Shown: piece after piece, positions 1 through 9,751 of the stretch
How positions within the stretch are numbered: position 1 is the stretch's first letter
Layout: each line of letters opens with the position of its first letter
NCBI GenBank assembly: GCA_041905405.1
Contig: JAYRLC010000023.1
Span: 15-64,014 of the forward strand
Origin: Ramlibacter sp.
Lineage (GTDB): Bacteria > Pseudomonadota > Gammaproteobacteria > Burkholderiales > Burkholderiaceae_C
Length of the DNA: 64,000 bases
Direction: 5' to 3'
The notes under the pieces: generated by a model
Databases searched by the model: none
Told to the model about the DNA's origin: nothing
Seen by the model: only the letters and a program-made list of their open reading frames with translations
Program-made: the position numbers and the translations under genes

Positions 1-137
1 GCAAAGGCGCGGGTCCGGCGTGGCGGGCGATGGCGATGGCATGGCGTTCAAGTCTACTGCCGCGGGGCATATCAGGGTCTGAACGGGTATGGCGGCACCG
101 ACAGCGGTGCCATCATGATCCGCAGGAGGGCAAGATC

Positions 138-773
138 ATGTCCAAGATACCTAGGGAAGGGCGGCGAAGCGCCCTGCTGGCGGCCCTGCTGGCCGCATGC
201 GCCGTGGCGCCCGCCTGGGGCCAGGCCGAAGGCAAGGGCTGCGCGCTGGTGCTGATGCACGACCGTGGCGGCACTGCGGCGCCCATGGCGGCGCTGGGGC
301 GCAAGCTGCAGGGCACCTGCACGGTCCGCGCCGTGGAAATGCCATGGTCGCAGGCCCGCGCCAACGACAAGGACCTGCCCGGTGCCTGGCAGGAGTTGGC
401 CCGCCATGTGCGCGGCCTGCGCCAGCAGGGCTACAAGCGCGTGCTGGTCGGCGGCGCAGGGTTCGGCGCCAATGCGGCCATGGCCTATTCGGCGGCAGTG
501 GGTGAATCGGACGGCGTGGTGGCCATCGCGCCCGAAGCGGACGCGCCAGGATTGGGAACGCTGCCCGCCACCGCTGCGGCCATGCGCCAGCATGCCCCTG
601 CGCTGTGGGTGCTGGGCACGGGCGACCCGCTGTTCCAGCGCGGCGAGGACTTTGCCTACGCCAAGGCCCCACCGCACCCGCAAAGCCGGTACGAATCCGT
701 CAAGTCGGACCGTAAGGGAACAATAGAGGCGGCAGCCAAGCCCGTGGGCGACTGGCTCAAATCACTGGAGTAA
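138..773 (+). CDS. secreted alpha/beta-hydrolase-fold-like protein, function unknown
   Basis: ORF 30..773 trimmed to the ATG at 138, which precedes a signal-peptide-like N-terminus (RRSALLAALLAACAVAPAWGQ). VLMHDRGG and GTGDP blocks resemble dienelactone-hydrolase-type folds. High GC3. Confidence 0.5.
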   Translation: MSKIPREGRRSALLAALLAACAVAPAWGQAEGKGCALVLMHDRGGTAAPMAALGRKLQGTCTVRAVEMPWSQARANDKDLPGAWQELARHVRGLRQQGYKRVLVGGAGFGANAAMAYSAAVGESDGVVAIAPEADAPGLGTLPATAAAMRQHAPALWVLGTGDPLFQRGEDFAYAKAPPHPQSRYESVKSDRKGTIEAAAKPVGDWLKSLE

Positions 774-788
774 GCGGGGGCGCCCCGG

Positions 789-1649
789 TCAGTTCTGTAC
801 CAGCGCCAGGCCCGACACGCTGTCCACGCCGGCGATGCCGCCCAGCAGCGTGGCCGCGTTGGTGGCCGCGGACAGGTCGATGCGGTACAGCGACAGCACG
901 GTGCCCGACCGGATGGCGGCGTAGCCGGTGGTGGTGCGCGATTCCAGGTCGAAGCCGTTGACCCCGCTGCCCACCACGCCCAGCGTCACGCTGCTGGTCA
1001 GGTTGCCGTCGTTGGGCGGGTTCATGACCGAGCGCAAACCCAGGGTCAGGTCCAGTATGTACAGCGTGGTGGACGTGGCGCCCGCGAACGAATTGGTATA
1101 GGCCGCCGCCGTGGCTGTCGGCGTGACCGGCGCGCCCGCAGCATTCGTGCCGGTCAGCGCGCCGTCGGTGATGGTGTCGCCCGTGTCCACGTTGATGCGC
1201 AGGTTCTGGCCCGTGTTGCTCACCACGCGCAGCCGGTCCGCCACAGGGTTGAAGTCCACGCCGAACTGTGTGCCCAGCAGACCCGTGAAAGGGTTGTCGT
1301 CGCCGGCGGCGGCCTTCAGCTGCGCGCGGAAGGTGGCGCGGCCCGTGGCGGCGTCCAGCGTGTAGAGATTGCCGCGGCTGCCCAATGCGTACAGCAGGCC
1401 GCTGGCCGGGCGGAAATCGATACCGCTCACGGTCTCGCCGGCCTGTAACCCGATGATCGCGCGGGTGCCGATCTGGGTGCCCGGCGTGGCCCGGTTGAAC
1501 GACGCGACCTGGTTGGATTCGGTCACGATGATGGTGTCGCCGACGGCCACCGACGTCGGGGTGTCGCTACCCCCGCCGCAGGCGGACAGCCCCCAGGCTA
1601 GACAGGCAACGGCGGCTGAAACGGACAGGCGGCGGGGCAGGCGGCGCAT
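789..1649 (-). CDS. DUF4394-domain lipoprotein
   Basis: ORF 789..1718 trimmed to the Met at 1649, giving MRRLPRRLSVSAAVACLAWGLSAC (lipobox). GIDFRPASGLLYALG-type repeats are typical of DUF4394. Confidence 0.7.
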   Translation of the reverse strand: MRRLPRRLSVSAAVACLAWGLSACGGGSDTPTSVAVGDTIIVTESNQVASFNRATPGTQIGTRAIIGLQAGETVSGIDFRPASGLLYALGSRGNLYTLDAATGRATFRAQLKAAAGDDNPFTGLLGTQFGVDFNPVADRLRVVSNTGQNLRINVDTGDTITDGALTGTNAAGAPVTPTATAAAYTNSFAGATSTTLYILDLTLGLRSVMNPPNDGNLTSSVTLGVVGSGVNGFDLESRTTTGYAAIRSGTVLSLYRIDLSAATNAATLLGGIAGVDSVSGLALVQN

Positions 1650-1746
1650 GGCGGGGCTTTCGTGGTGACAACGACGAAAGCAGTGTGCCAGTGTTTCGGC
1701 CCGGCGCACAACTTGCACGCTGGCCGAAAAGGAAAGCGCCCGAAGC

Positions 1747-1944
1747 TCAGGGCTTCTTGAACGCTTCCTTGGCGTCGTCCTTGGCCTGCTCGCGCAGGTC
1801 GCCAGCGGTCTTTTGGGCCTTGCCGGCCTGTTCGCGGGCGTGGCCCTTGGCTTCCTGCTCCTTGCTGTTGATCAGCTTGCCGAACTGCTCCTGGGTTTCA
1901 CCCGCTGCTTCCTTGATGCGGCCCTTGACTTGATCCTTGTTCAT
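1747..1944 (-). CDS. CsbD-family general stress protein
   Basis: 65 aa, MNKDQVKGRIKEAAGETQEQFGKL...; a classic CsbD-like sequence. Confidence 0.85.
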   Translation of the reverse strand: MNKDQVKGRIKEAAGETQEQFGKLINSKEQEAKGHAREQAGKAQKTAGDLREQAKDDAKEAFKKP

Positions 1945-2120
1945 GTGAACTCCTTGGTCGGTTGGTACAGGAATTCATGGTGCCGCAGGGTAAGGCTGCG
2001 GTGGGCCGGAGCAGGGCGCGCCGTACTGTACGCGGGCGCCTACATCCCCGCTCTGCTTCACAAGCACGGCTGACTGAAGTGCACGTTGTTGAAAATACAA
2101 AATCTTGTATAGCCGCGCAC

Positions 2121-2336
2121 ATGAAAGCGCGCAGCGAACCCATGATGGCCATTGCCGAACACATCCGCAAAGGGGGTCTCACGCAGGCGGAGGCGGCGAA
2201 GCTTTTCGGCGTAACTCAACCGCGCGTTTCAGATCTGGTGCGTGGCAAGATCGAACTGTTTTCGATCGATATGCTTGTGCAGATGCTGGCGTCCGCCGGG
2301 ATGCGGGTGGAGATGAGGCTGAAAAAGGCCGCGTAA
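2121..2336 (+). CDS. XRE/HigA-like helix-turn-helix protein (antitoxin-like, no partner seen)
   Basis: ATG at 2121 inside ORF 1962..2336. GGLTQAEAAKLFGVTQPRVSDLVRGKIELFSIDMLVQML matches the HTH of HigA-2/COG5606-type antitoxins. Confidence 0.7.
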   Translation: MKARSEPMMAIAEHIRKGGLTQAEAAKLFGVTQPRVSDLVRGKIELFSIDMLVQMLASAGMRVEMRLKKAA

Positions 2337-2384
2337 GTATTCAGAGGAACGCCTGCCGCGCGGCCCTGCACCTTCAGCAGTCGA

Positions 2385-4598
2385 TCAACCGCCTGCCTTA
2401 ACCTTCAACCGCCACGCATGCAGCAGCGGCTCGGTGTAGCCGCTGGGCTGTTCTTTGCCCTTGAACACCAGCTCTGTCGCCGCCTGATACGCCGCACCGT
2501 CGTAGTTGCCGGTCATGGGCTTGTACAGCGCATCGCCCGCGTTCTGCTTGTCCACCACCTTGGCCATGCGCTTGAAGGTTGCATTCACTTGTGCCTTGGT
2601 GACCACGCCGTGGTGCAGCCAGTTGGCCATGTGCTGGCTGCTGATGCGCAGCGTGGCGCGGTCTTCCATCAGGCCCACGTTGTGGATGTCGGGCACCTTG
2701 GAGCAGCCCACGCCCTGGTCGATCCAGCGCACCACGTAGCCCAGGATGCCCTGTGCGTTGTTGTCCAGTTCCTGCTGCTTCTCGGCATCAGTCCACTTCG
2801 CGGCCTTGACCACGGGGATGCTCAGCAGATCGTTCAGAATGCCGTCGCGCGCGCCGTCGGCGTCGATCTTTTCCAGGTCCTTCTGCACGTCGGACACCTT
2901 GACCTGGTGGTAGTGCAGCGCGTGCAGCGTCGCGCCCGTGGGGCTGGGCACCCAGGCAGTGTTGGCGCCGGCCTTGGGGTGGGCGATCTTCTGTTGCAGC
3001 ATGGCGGCCATCAGGTCGGGCATGGCCCACATGCCCTTGCCGATCTGCGCCTTGCCGCGCAGGCCGCAGCTCAGGCCCACGAGCACGTTGTTGCGCTCGT
3101 ATGCCTGGATCCAGGCGCTGGACTTCATGTCGCCCTTGCGCAGCACGGGGCCGGCCTGCATGCAGGTGTGCATTTCGTCGCCCGTGCGGTCCAGGAAGCC
3201 CGTGTTGATGAAGGCCACGCGGCTGGCGGCCGCGGCAATGCAGGCCTTGAGGTTCACGCTGGTGCGGCGCTCTTCGTCCATGATGCCCAGCTTGACGGTG
3301 CTGTCCTTCAGGCCCAGCACTTTCTCGACGCGGGTGAACAGCTCGGCGGCGAACGCCACTTCGGCGGGGCCGTGCATCTTGGGCTTGACGATGTAGACGC
3401 TTCCGGTGCGGCTGTTGCGGATCCCGTTCGCACCATGGCCCTGCAGGTCGTGCAGCGCGATGGTCGTGGTGATCACGGCATCCATGATCCCTTCCGGAAT
3501 TTCCTTCGTGCTGCCATCGGCCGCCGTGTACAGGATGGCCGGGTTGGTCATCAGGTGGCCCACGTTGCGCACGAACATCAGCGAGCGGCCGTGCAGCTTC
3601 ACCTCGCCGCCGTTCGGGCCGGTATAGACGCGGTCGGCGTTCAGGCCGCGCGTGAAGGTCTTGCCGCCCTTGGCGACTTCCTCGGTCAACGTGCCCTTCA
3701 AAATGCCCAGCCAGTTGCCGTACGCCAGCACCTTGTCCTGCGCATCGACCACGGCGACGGAGTCTTCCAGGTCCAGGATGGTGGACAGCGCCGACTCGAT
3801 CACCAGGTCGCTCACGCCGGCCGCGTCGGTCGCGCCGATGGGCGTGTTGCGGTCGATGCGGATGTCCAGGTGCAGGCCGTTGTGCTGCAGCAGCACGCCC
3901 GACGGCGCAGCCGCGTCGCCCTGGTAGCCGGTGAGCTGCTTGCCATCCTTCAGCTCGGTGGTCTGGCCGCCCTTGAGCGTGACGACCAGCTTGCCGCCGG
4001 CCACGGCGTAGCCGGTGCTGTCGATGTGCGAGCCCTTTTTGAGCGGGGCGGTGCGGTCCAGCACGTAGCGTGCGTATTCGATGACCTTGGCGCCGCGCTT
4101 TTCGTTGTAGCCCTTGCCCCCTTCTTTCACCTTGCCACAGCCGTCGGCCTCGGAAATCGCGTCGGTGCCGTACAGCGCGTCGTACAGGCTGCCCCAGCGC
4201 GCGTTGGCGGCGTTCAGCGCATAGCGCGCGTTCAGGATCGGCACCACGAGCTGCGGGCCGGCCTGCGTGGCGAGCTCGGCGTCCACGTTCTTCGTCGTGG
4301 CCTTGACCTTGGCCGGCACGGGCACCAGGTAGCCGATCTTTTCCAGGAACTTGCGGTACTTGCCCATGTTCTTGATCGGGCCGGGGTTGGCCTTGTGCCA
4401 GGCGTCCAGCTCGGTCTGCAGGCGGTCGCGCTCGGCCAGCAGGGCGATGTTCTTGGGCGCCAGGTCGGCCACGATGGCGTCGAAGCCTTTCCAGAACGCG
4501 GCGCTGTCCACGCCGGTGCCAGGCAGGACCTTGTGCTGGATGAACTCGTACAGCTCGGTGGCCACCTGCAGGCGGTGAACGGGGGTGCGTTGCGTCAT
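2385..4598 (-). CDS. glcB: malate synthase G
   Basis: About 737 aa starting [30 protein letters not shown]. Full-length similarity to GlcB as I remember it. Confidence 0.95.
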   Translation of the reverse strand: MTQRTPVHRLQVATELYEFIQHKVLPGTGVDSAAFWKGFDAIVADLAPKNIALLAERDRLQTELDAWHKANPGPIKNMGKYRKFLEKIGYLVPVPAKVKATTKNVDAELATQAGPQLVVPILNARYALNAANARWGSLYDALYGTDAISEADGCGKVKEGGKGYNEKRGAKVIEYARYVLDRTAPLKKGSHIDSTGYAVAGGKLVVTLKGGQTTELKDGKQLTGYQGDAAAPSGVLLQHNGLHLDIRIDRNTPIGATDAAGVSDLVIESALSTILDLEDSVAVVDAQDKVLAYGNWLGILKGTLTEEVAKGGKTFTRGLNADRVYTGPNGGEVKLHGRSLMFVRNVGHLMTNPAILYTAADGSTKEIPEGIMDAVITTTIALHDLQGHGANGIRNSRTGSVYIVKPKMHGPAEVAFAAELFTRVEKVLGLKDSTVKLGIMDEERRTSVNLKACIAAAASRVAFINTGFLDRTGDEMHTCMQAGPVLRKGDMKSSAWIQAYERNNVLVGLSCGLRGKAQIGKGMWAMPDLMAAMLQQKIAHPKAGANTAWVPSPTGATLHALHYHQVKVSDVQKDLEKIDADGARDGILNDLLSIPVVKAAKWTDAEKQQELDNNAQGILGYVVRWIDQGVGCSKVPDIHNVGLMEDRATLRISSQHMANWLHHGVVTKAQVNATFKRMAKVVDKQNAGDALYKPMTGNYDGAAYQAATELVFKGKEQPSGYTEPLLHAWRLKVKAGG

Positions 4599-4792
4599 GG
4601 TGTTCTCCAAAGAAGAGGGCAAAGGGGGAGCCTGAACGCCACTGTATTCGATACTTTGAGTGGCATTAAGTCGGGAATATGAGATTTATCCGTGACAAAA
4701 ACAAATGTAATGGTGGGCACTTGCTTGGGGAACCCCCGCATGCCCTGCCGCGCATTGCCGCATATATTTAACCTCTTAAATAACAAGATTCC

Positions 4793-5821
4793 ATGATCTC
4801 GCTTGCTTCGAATGAAAACCCGCTGGGCATGCCCCAGTCCGCCCGCCAAGCCGCGGCCGATGCCTTGCAAACCGCGGGCCAGTACCCCGACGCCACCGGC
4901 GCCGACCTGAAAGCCGCGCTGGCTGAACGCCTGGGCGTGCCGGCTGGCTGGCTGGTGTTGGGCAGTGGCTCCAGTGAAATCCTCACGCTCACGGCGCAGG
5001 CCTGTGTCCAGCCGGGGCAGGGCGTGGTGTGGTCGCAGTACGGCTTCATCGTTTACGGGCAGGCGGCGCAGCTTGCGCGCGGCGCGGCCGTGGTGGTGCC
5101 CGCGCGCGACTTTGGCCACGATCTGGGCGCCATGCGCGCCGCCGTCAATGTGGACACGCGCCTCATTTTTCTGGCCAACCCCAACAACCCCACGGGCAGC
5201 TTCATCGATGCTGCCTGGCTGCAGGGTTTCATTGCCAGCGTGCCGCCGCACGTCACCGTGCTGCTGGATGAGGCGTACACCGAATACCTCACGCCCGCGC
5301 AGCGCTACGACAGCATGGCGTGGGTGCGCGCGCACCCCAACCTGATCGTGGCGCGCACGTTTTCCAAGGCCTACGGCCTGGCGGGGCTGCGGGTGGGCTA
5401 TGGCGTGGCGCAGCCCGCGCTGGCGGCCCGGCTCAATGCCATCCGCCCGCGGTTCAACGTCACCACGCCGGCGCTGGCTGCGGCACGCGCCGCGCTGGCC
5501 GATGGCGACTACCTGGCGCGCACCTATGCGCTGAACACGGCGGGCCGCGAGCAACTCACGCAGGGCCTGTCGGCGATGGGGCTTCAATGCCTGCCCTCGG
5601 CCGGCAACTTCGTGACGGTGCGCTTCCCCGATGCCGGGGCGGCCCATGGCACGCTGCTTGCCGCCGGCATTGCCGTGTCCACGCTGGAGCCCTACGGCAT
5701 GGCCGACTGGCTGCGCATCAGCGTGGGCCTGCCTGAACAGAACGAGGCCGTGCTGCAGGCGCTGGCGCGCAGCGGAGCCGCCGCCATCATTTCATCCACC
5801 ACGACCGGAGCCCTGCCATGA
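4793..5821 (+). CDS. hisC: histidinol-phosphate aminotransferase family (class II PLP aminotransferase)
   Basis: MISLASNENPLGMP N-terminus and a FSKAYGLAGLRVGY lysine block. Confidence 0.8.
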   Translation: MISLASNENPLGMPQSARQAAADALQTAGQYPDATGADLKAALAERLGVPAGWLVLGSGSSEILTLTAQACVQPGQGVVWSQYGFIVYGQAAQLARGAAVVVPARDFGHDLGAMRAAVNVDTRLIFLANPNNPTGSFIDAAWLQGFIASVPPHVTVLLDEAYTEYLTPAQRYDSMAWVRAHPNLIVARTFSKAYGLAGLRVGYGVAQPALAARLNAIRPRFNVTTPALAAARAALADGDYLARTYALNTAGREQLTQGLSAMGLQCLPSAGNFVTVRFPDAGAAHGTLLAAGIAVSTLEPYGMADWLRISVGLPEQNEAVLQALARSGAAAIISSTTTGALP

Positions 5822-6783
5822 CGATGAACCGACGCCACTTCACCTTTGCCGCAGCGGCCGCAGCCGCAAGCCTGGCCGCGCCCGCGTTCGCGCAGGACCG
5901 CACGCTGAAGATTCTGGTGGGGTTCCCGCCGGGCGGCTCCGTGGACGTCATCGCGCGCCTGCTGGCCGACAAGCTGCGCGTGTCGCTCGCGCAGAACGTC
6001 ATCGTGGACAACAAGCCGGGCGCGGGCGGCCGCGTGGCGCTGAACGAACTCAAGCGCGCCGCGCCAGATGGCCAGACGCTGGCGCTTACGCCCAGCGGGG
6101 CGCTGGTGATCCAGCCCTGGCTGTACAGCAACCTCGGCTACGACCCGGTCAAGGACTTCACGCCCATCTCGCGCGTGACCACGTTCGACTTCGCCGTGAC
6201 CGCGGGGCCCGGCGCCCCCGCGGGCGACCTGAAGGCCGTGCTGGCGTGGATGAAGGCCAACCCGGCCAAGGCCAACTACGCCACGTCCGGGGCGGGCACG
6301 GTGCCGCATTTCGCGGGCCAGATGCTGGCGCAGGCCTCGGGCGTGCCGTTGACCCACGTGGCCTACCGCGGTGGCGCGCCGGCCGCGCAGGACCTGATCG
6401 GCGGCCAGGTGCCGCTGATGGTGGACACGGCCAGCGAAACACTGGAACACCACAAGGCCGGCAAGGCGCGCATCCTGGCCGTTACGGGCGAGTCACGTTC
6501 GCGCGCGCTGCCCGACGTGCCGACGCTCAAAGAGGTGGGCATCAACGTCGCGGCCGATGCGTTCTTTGGCCTGTACGGGCCGGCCGGGCTGCCGGCCGAC
6601 GTTGCGGCGCGTATCGACCGCGCCGTGGCCGATGCGCTGAAGGCCCCTGACGTGCAGGACAAGATCTACGGCTTTGGCCTCGTGCCCAGCCACGCGCCGT
6701 CGGCCGACCTGGTGGCCACGCAGGCCGCCCACCTGAAGAAATGGGAGGCGCCGATCAAGGCGTCGGGCTTCAAGGCCGAATAG
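5818..6783 (+). CDS. Bug-family (TctC-like) tripartite tricarboxylate transporter substrate-binding protein
   Basis: Tat/Sec-like leader followed by LKILVGFPPGGSVDVIARLLADKL. ATGA overlap with the hisC stop. Confidence 0.85.
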   Translation: MTMNRRHFTFAAAAAAASLAAPAFAQDRTLKILVGFPPGGSVDVIARLLADKLRVSLAQNVIVDNKPGAGGRVALNELKRAAPDGQTLALTPSGALVIQPWLYSNLGYDPVKDFTPISRVTTFDFAVTAGPGAPAGDLKAVLAWMKANPAKANYATSGAGTVPHFAGQMLAQASGVPLTHVAYRGGAPAAQDLIGGQVPLMVDTASETLEHHKAGKARILAVTGESRSRALPDVPTLKEVGINVAADAFFGLYGPAGLPADVAARIDRAVADALKAPDVQDKIYGFGLVPSHAPSADLVATQAAHLKKWEAPIKASGFKAE

Positions 6784-6867
6784 CGCACGACCAGAACTTC
6801 CGGATCACGCGCCAATCGGCGCAAAAGTCCGGTTGATCTTTGACTTCCATCCGCATAATCTGCGGCC

Positions 6868-7800
6868 ATGGACAAGCTCAAGGCGCTGGAATCCTTTGTG
6901 TCGGTGGCCACGCGCGGCAGCCTGACGGCCGCCGCCAACGCCGAAGGCGTGGCTCCGGCCATCATGGGTCGGCGGCTGGACGCGCTGGAGGAAAAGCTGG
7001 GCGTCAAGCTGCTGGTGCGCACCACGCGGCGCATCACGCTCACGCACGAAGGCAGCGCGTTCCTGGAGGACTGCCAGCGCCTGCTGGCCGACCTGGCCAA
7101 CGCCGAGGCCAGCGTCAGCGCCGGCGGGGTCAAGGCCAGTGGGCATCTGCGCATCACGGCGCCTGCGGGTTTCGGCCGCCGGCACGTCGCGCCGCTGGTG
7201 CCGCGCTTTCGCGCGCTGCATGCCGACGTGACGATCTCACTGAACCTGAGCGACCGCGTGGTGGACTTGGCCGGCGAGGGCTACGACTGCGCCGTGCGCG
7301 TGGGCGACCTGCCGGATTCGTCGCTGGTTAGCGTGCGCCTGGCCGACAACCGCCGCCTGTGCGTGGCCACGCCCGAATACCTGAAGCGGCACGGCACGCC
7401 GCAGCACCCCAACGACCTCGTCAAATTCGACTGCCTCACGCTGTCCAGCGACGCGTCGCAGACGCGGGGATGGGCGTTTCGCATTCCCGTGGGAGAGGGC
7501 GACGGCGGCTCCGAAGTCGTGCACCTCAAGCCCGGCGGCCCGCTGGACTGCTCCGACGGCCAGGTGCTGCACGGCTGGTGCCTGGCGGGCTGGGGCATCG
7601 CCTGGCGCAGCATCTGGGAGGTGGAGGGCGACATCGCCGCCGGGCGGCTCGTGTCGGTGCTGGAGGCGTTTGCCGCGCCACCCAATGGCATCTACGCCGT
7701 GTTTCCGCAGCGCAAGCACCTGCCCCTGCGCGTGCGGCTGTGGATAGACTTCCTCAAGCACAACTACGGCCAACCCGATTTCTGGAAGGCAACCGTATGA
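6868..7800 (+). CDS. LysR-family transcriptional regulator
   Basis: N-terminal HTH MDKLKALESFVSVATRGSLTAAANAEGVAPAIMGRRLDALEEKLGVKLL plus a LysR substrate-binding domain. Confidence 0.9.
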   Translation: MDKLKALESFVSVATRGSLTAAANAEGVAPAIMGRRLDALEEKLGVKLLVRTTRRITLTHEGSAFLEDCQRLLADLANAEASVSAGGVKASGHLRITAPAGFGRRHVAPLVPRFRALHADVTISLNLSDRVVDLAGEGYDCAVRVGDLPDSSLVSVRLADNRRLCVATPEYLKRHGTPQHPNDLVKFDCLTLSSDASQTRGWAFRIPVGEGDGGSEVVHLKPGGPLDCSDGQVLHGWCLAGWGIAWRSIWEVEGDIAAGRLVSVLEAFAAPPNGIYAVFPQRKHLPLRVRLWIDFLKHNYGQPDFWKATV

Positions 7801-8249
7801 CGACCGAAGCCCTGTTGGCCTACGCCCACCTGCTGGCCATCCTGACGATGGTGGTGTTTCTGGCGAGCGAGGCGGCGCTGTGCCGCGCCGAGTGGCTCAA
7901 CGCCGCCGTGGTGGAGCGCCTGGCCCGCGTGGACATGATCTACGGAATCGCGTCCATCGCGGTATTTGCTACTGGGCTGATGCGCGTGTTCATCGGCGTG
8001 AAAGGCGGCGCGTTCTACGCCAGCAACCCGTTGCTGTACGTCAAATTCGGCTTGTTCGTCTTGCTCGGGCTGCTGTCGATCAAGCCGACGCTCACGTTCA
8101 TCCGCTGGCGCCGGGAGCTGAAGGCCAACGGGGCGTTGCCCGCAGCGGACGCCGTGCGGCAGACGCGTAAGCTCATCATGGTGCAGGCGCATATCCTGCC
8201 GCTCATCCCTTTGGCCGCCGTGTTCCTGGCCCGTGGCTGGGGAAGTTGA
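7797..8249 (+). CDS. small 4-TM membrane protein (DUF2214-like)
   Basis: ATG at 7797 overlaps the LysR stop (ATGA). 150 aa with four hydrophobic helices. Confidence 0.55.
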   Translation: MTTEALLAYAHLLAILTMVVFLASEAALCRAEWLNAAVVERLARVDMIYGIASIAVFATGLMRVFIGVKGGAFYASNPLLYVKFGLFVLLGLLSIKPTLTFIRWRRELKANGALPAADAVRQTRKLIMVQAHILPLIPLAAVFLARGWGS

Positions 8250-8270
8250 TCAAAATCCTCTCATTTTTCC

Positions 8271-8310
8271 TATCAATTTGACTAGAATGGCTAATCATCT
8301 CAAATTGATA
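8271..8310. promoter_or_regulatory. perfect 11-bp inverted repeat (TATCAATTTGA-N18-TCAAATTGATA) in an AT-rich island just upstream of the Fic gene
   Basis: Read directly. The arms are 8271..8281 and 8300..8310. The spacer contains TAGAAT (8283..8288). The right arm ends 5 nt before the ATG at 8316. Confidence 0.45.
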
Positions 8311-8315
8311 AGAAA

Positions 8316-9695
8316 ATGTCTCACTCGACCCGTGATCTGGATGCTGCCGTGCTGGGCTTTGCACGTGCACATGGCGTTCCGGTTGCGGCGGGTGCCATTC
8401 AGGCGCATTTGAATGAGCCGCGCGCCACGGTCAACCGGTCGCTCAGCCGGCTGGTGAACGGCGGGCAGCTCAAAAAAAGCGGCGCGGGCCGCAGTGTCGT
8501 TTATCAACCGGTGTTCGCGGCGCCGCCCCATGACCCGCTGGTGCTGTATGCGCGCGAGCCTGCTCCCCCACCCACGATGGGAGCCGCTGGCTTCCCCTGG
8601 AGCCGTGACGCATTGCCTGTGATTCAGGCCCTGAGTGCGCCATTGGGCACGCGCAGCCCGGTGTCCTACCAGCGTGGCTTTGTCGGCGGCTATCAGCCCA
8701 ACGCCAACAGCCTGCTGCCGCCCAGCCTGGCTGCCGGGTTGGCAGAGGCGGGCCGTTCGAAAGAGCAGCAGCCTGCGGGCACGTATGCCCGCAAGGTGCT
8801 GGAGCAACTGTTGATCGACCTGTCGTGGTCGTCTTCACGGCTGGAAGGCAACCGCAAGAGCCTGCTGGACACGCGTGAGCTGTTCGAGCGTGGTCGCTCG
8901 CCCGGCGACGACCGGGACGCGACGATGCTGCTCAACCACAAGGAAGCCATCGAGTTCATGGTGGACGCCGTGCCAACCGAGGGTGTGACGGTCCCGGTGG
9001 TTCGCAACCTGCAGGCCGTGCTGATGCGCGACCTGCTGCCCGATCCGGCGGACCTGGGGGCCATCCGCAGCCGTGTCGTCAATATCCATGGATCGGTCTA
9101 CCTGCCCAGCCAGGTGCCCACGCTGCTGGACGAAACGCTGTCGACCATCGTGGCCAAGGCACGCCAGATCAACAACCCCGTGGAGTCGGCGTTTTTCCTG
9201 TGGGTGAATTTGGCCTATCTGCAGCCGTTCGCTGATGGAAACAAGCGCACGAGCCGCCTGGCCGCCAACATGCCGCTGATGCTGTCCAACTGTGCGCCGC
9301 TGTCGTTCCTGGACGTGGAATCGAACGACTACGCACTGGCGATGCTTGCCGTGTATGAGCGCTGCGACGTCTTGCCCGCCGTGGAGCTCTTCGAGTGGAC
9401 GTATCGCCGCTCCATCCACAAGTATCAGGCCATTGTCGAATCGATGGGCGGGCCGGACCCTGTGCGCTCGCGCTATCGGGAGCAGTTGGGCGAAGCGATC
9501 CGCCAGATCGTGTTCTACGGTCTGTCGCAGGACAAAGCCGTCGCCGCGCTGGGCGTGGCCTCGGGCGACCAGCTTGCTTTCAACGCCATCCTGCAAACGG
9601 AACTGCAGCATCTGCAGCCGTACAACTGTGCCCGTTACCGGCTGCCTTTCGGCAGAACGCAGGCCTGGATCGACGCGGGCCGGCCAACGGGCTGA
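8316..9695 (+). CDS. Fic/Doc-family protein with an N-terminal winged-HTH-like region; degenerate active-site motif
   Basis: Core motif LQPFADGNKRTSRL (nt 9222..9257 encode QPFADGNKRTSR). Upstream SSRLEG matches the (S/T)xxxE(G/N) inhibitory motif. Confidence 0.8.
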   Translation: MSHSTRDLDAAVLGFARAHGVPVAAGAIQAHLNEPRATVNRSLSRLVNGGQLKKSGAGRSVVYQPVFAAPPHDPLVLYAREPAPPPTMGAAGFPWSRDALPVIQALSAPLGTRSPVSYQRGFVGGYQPNANSLLPPSLAAGLAEAGRSKEQQPAGTYARKVLEQLLIDLSWSSSRLEGNRKSLLDTRELFERGRSPGDDRDATMLLNHKEAIEFMVDAVPTEGVTVPVVRNLQAVLMRDLLPDPADLGAIRSRVVNIHGSVYLPSQVPTLLDETLSTIVAKARQINNPVESAFFLWVNLAYLQPFADGNKRTSRLAANMPLMLSNCAPLSFLDVESNDYALAMLAVYERCDVLPAVELFEWTYRRSIHKYQAIVESMGGPDPVRSRYREQLGEAIRQIVFYGLSQDKAVAALGVASGDQLAFNAILQTELQHLQPYNCARYRLPFGRTQAWIDAGRPTG

Positions 9696-9709
9696 GGCAT
9701 CGCCAAAAC

Positions 9710-9733
9710 AAAGGCCCGCGACGGCGGGCCTTT
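9710..9733. terminator. GC-rich hairpin between the convergent Fic and psiF genes
   Basis: aaaGGCCCGCgacgGCGGGCCttt. On the minus strand it is followed by tttgtttt. Confidence 0.55.
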
Positions 9734-9751
9734 GTGGGGGCATTCTGGAGC

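Noticed and set aside
2418-4682. 754-aa plus-strand ORF.
   Set aside because: It is antisense to glcB, which is unambiguous. This is a typical high-GC shadow ORF.
4711-4724. Sigma-54-like element TGGTGGGCACTTGC upstream of hisC.
   Set aside because: The GG-to-GC spacing is 9 nt rather than the required 10 nt, and no enhancer-binding-protein gene is nearby. It is probably a chance match.
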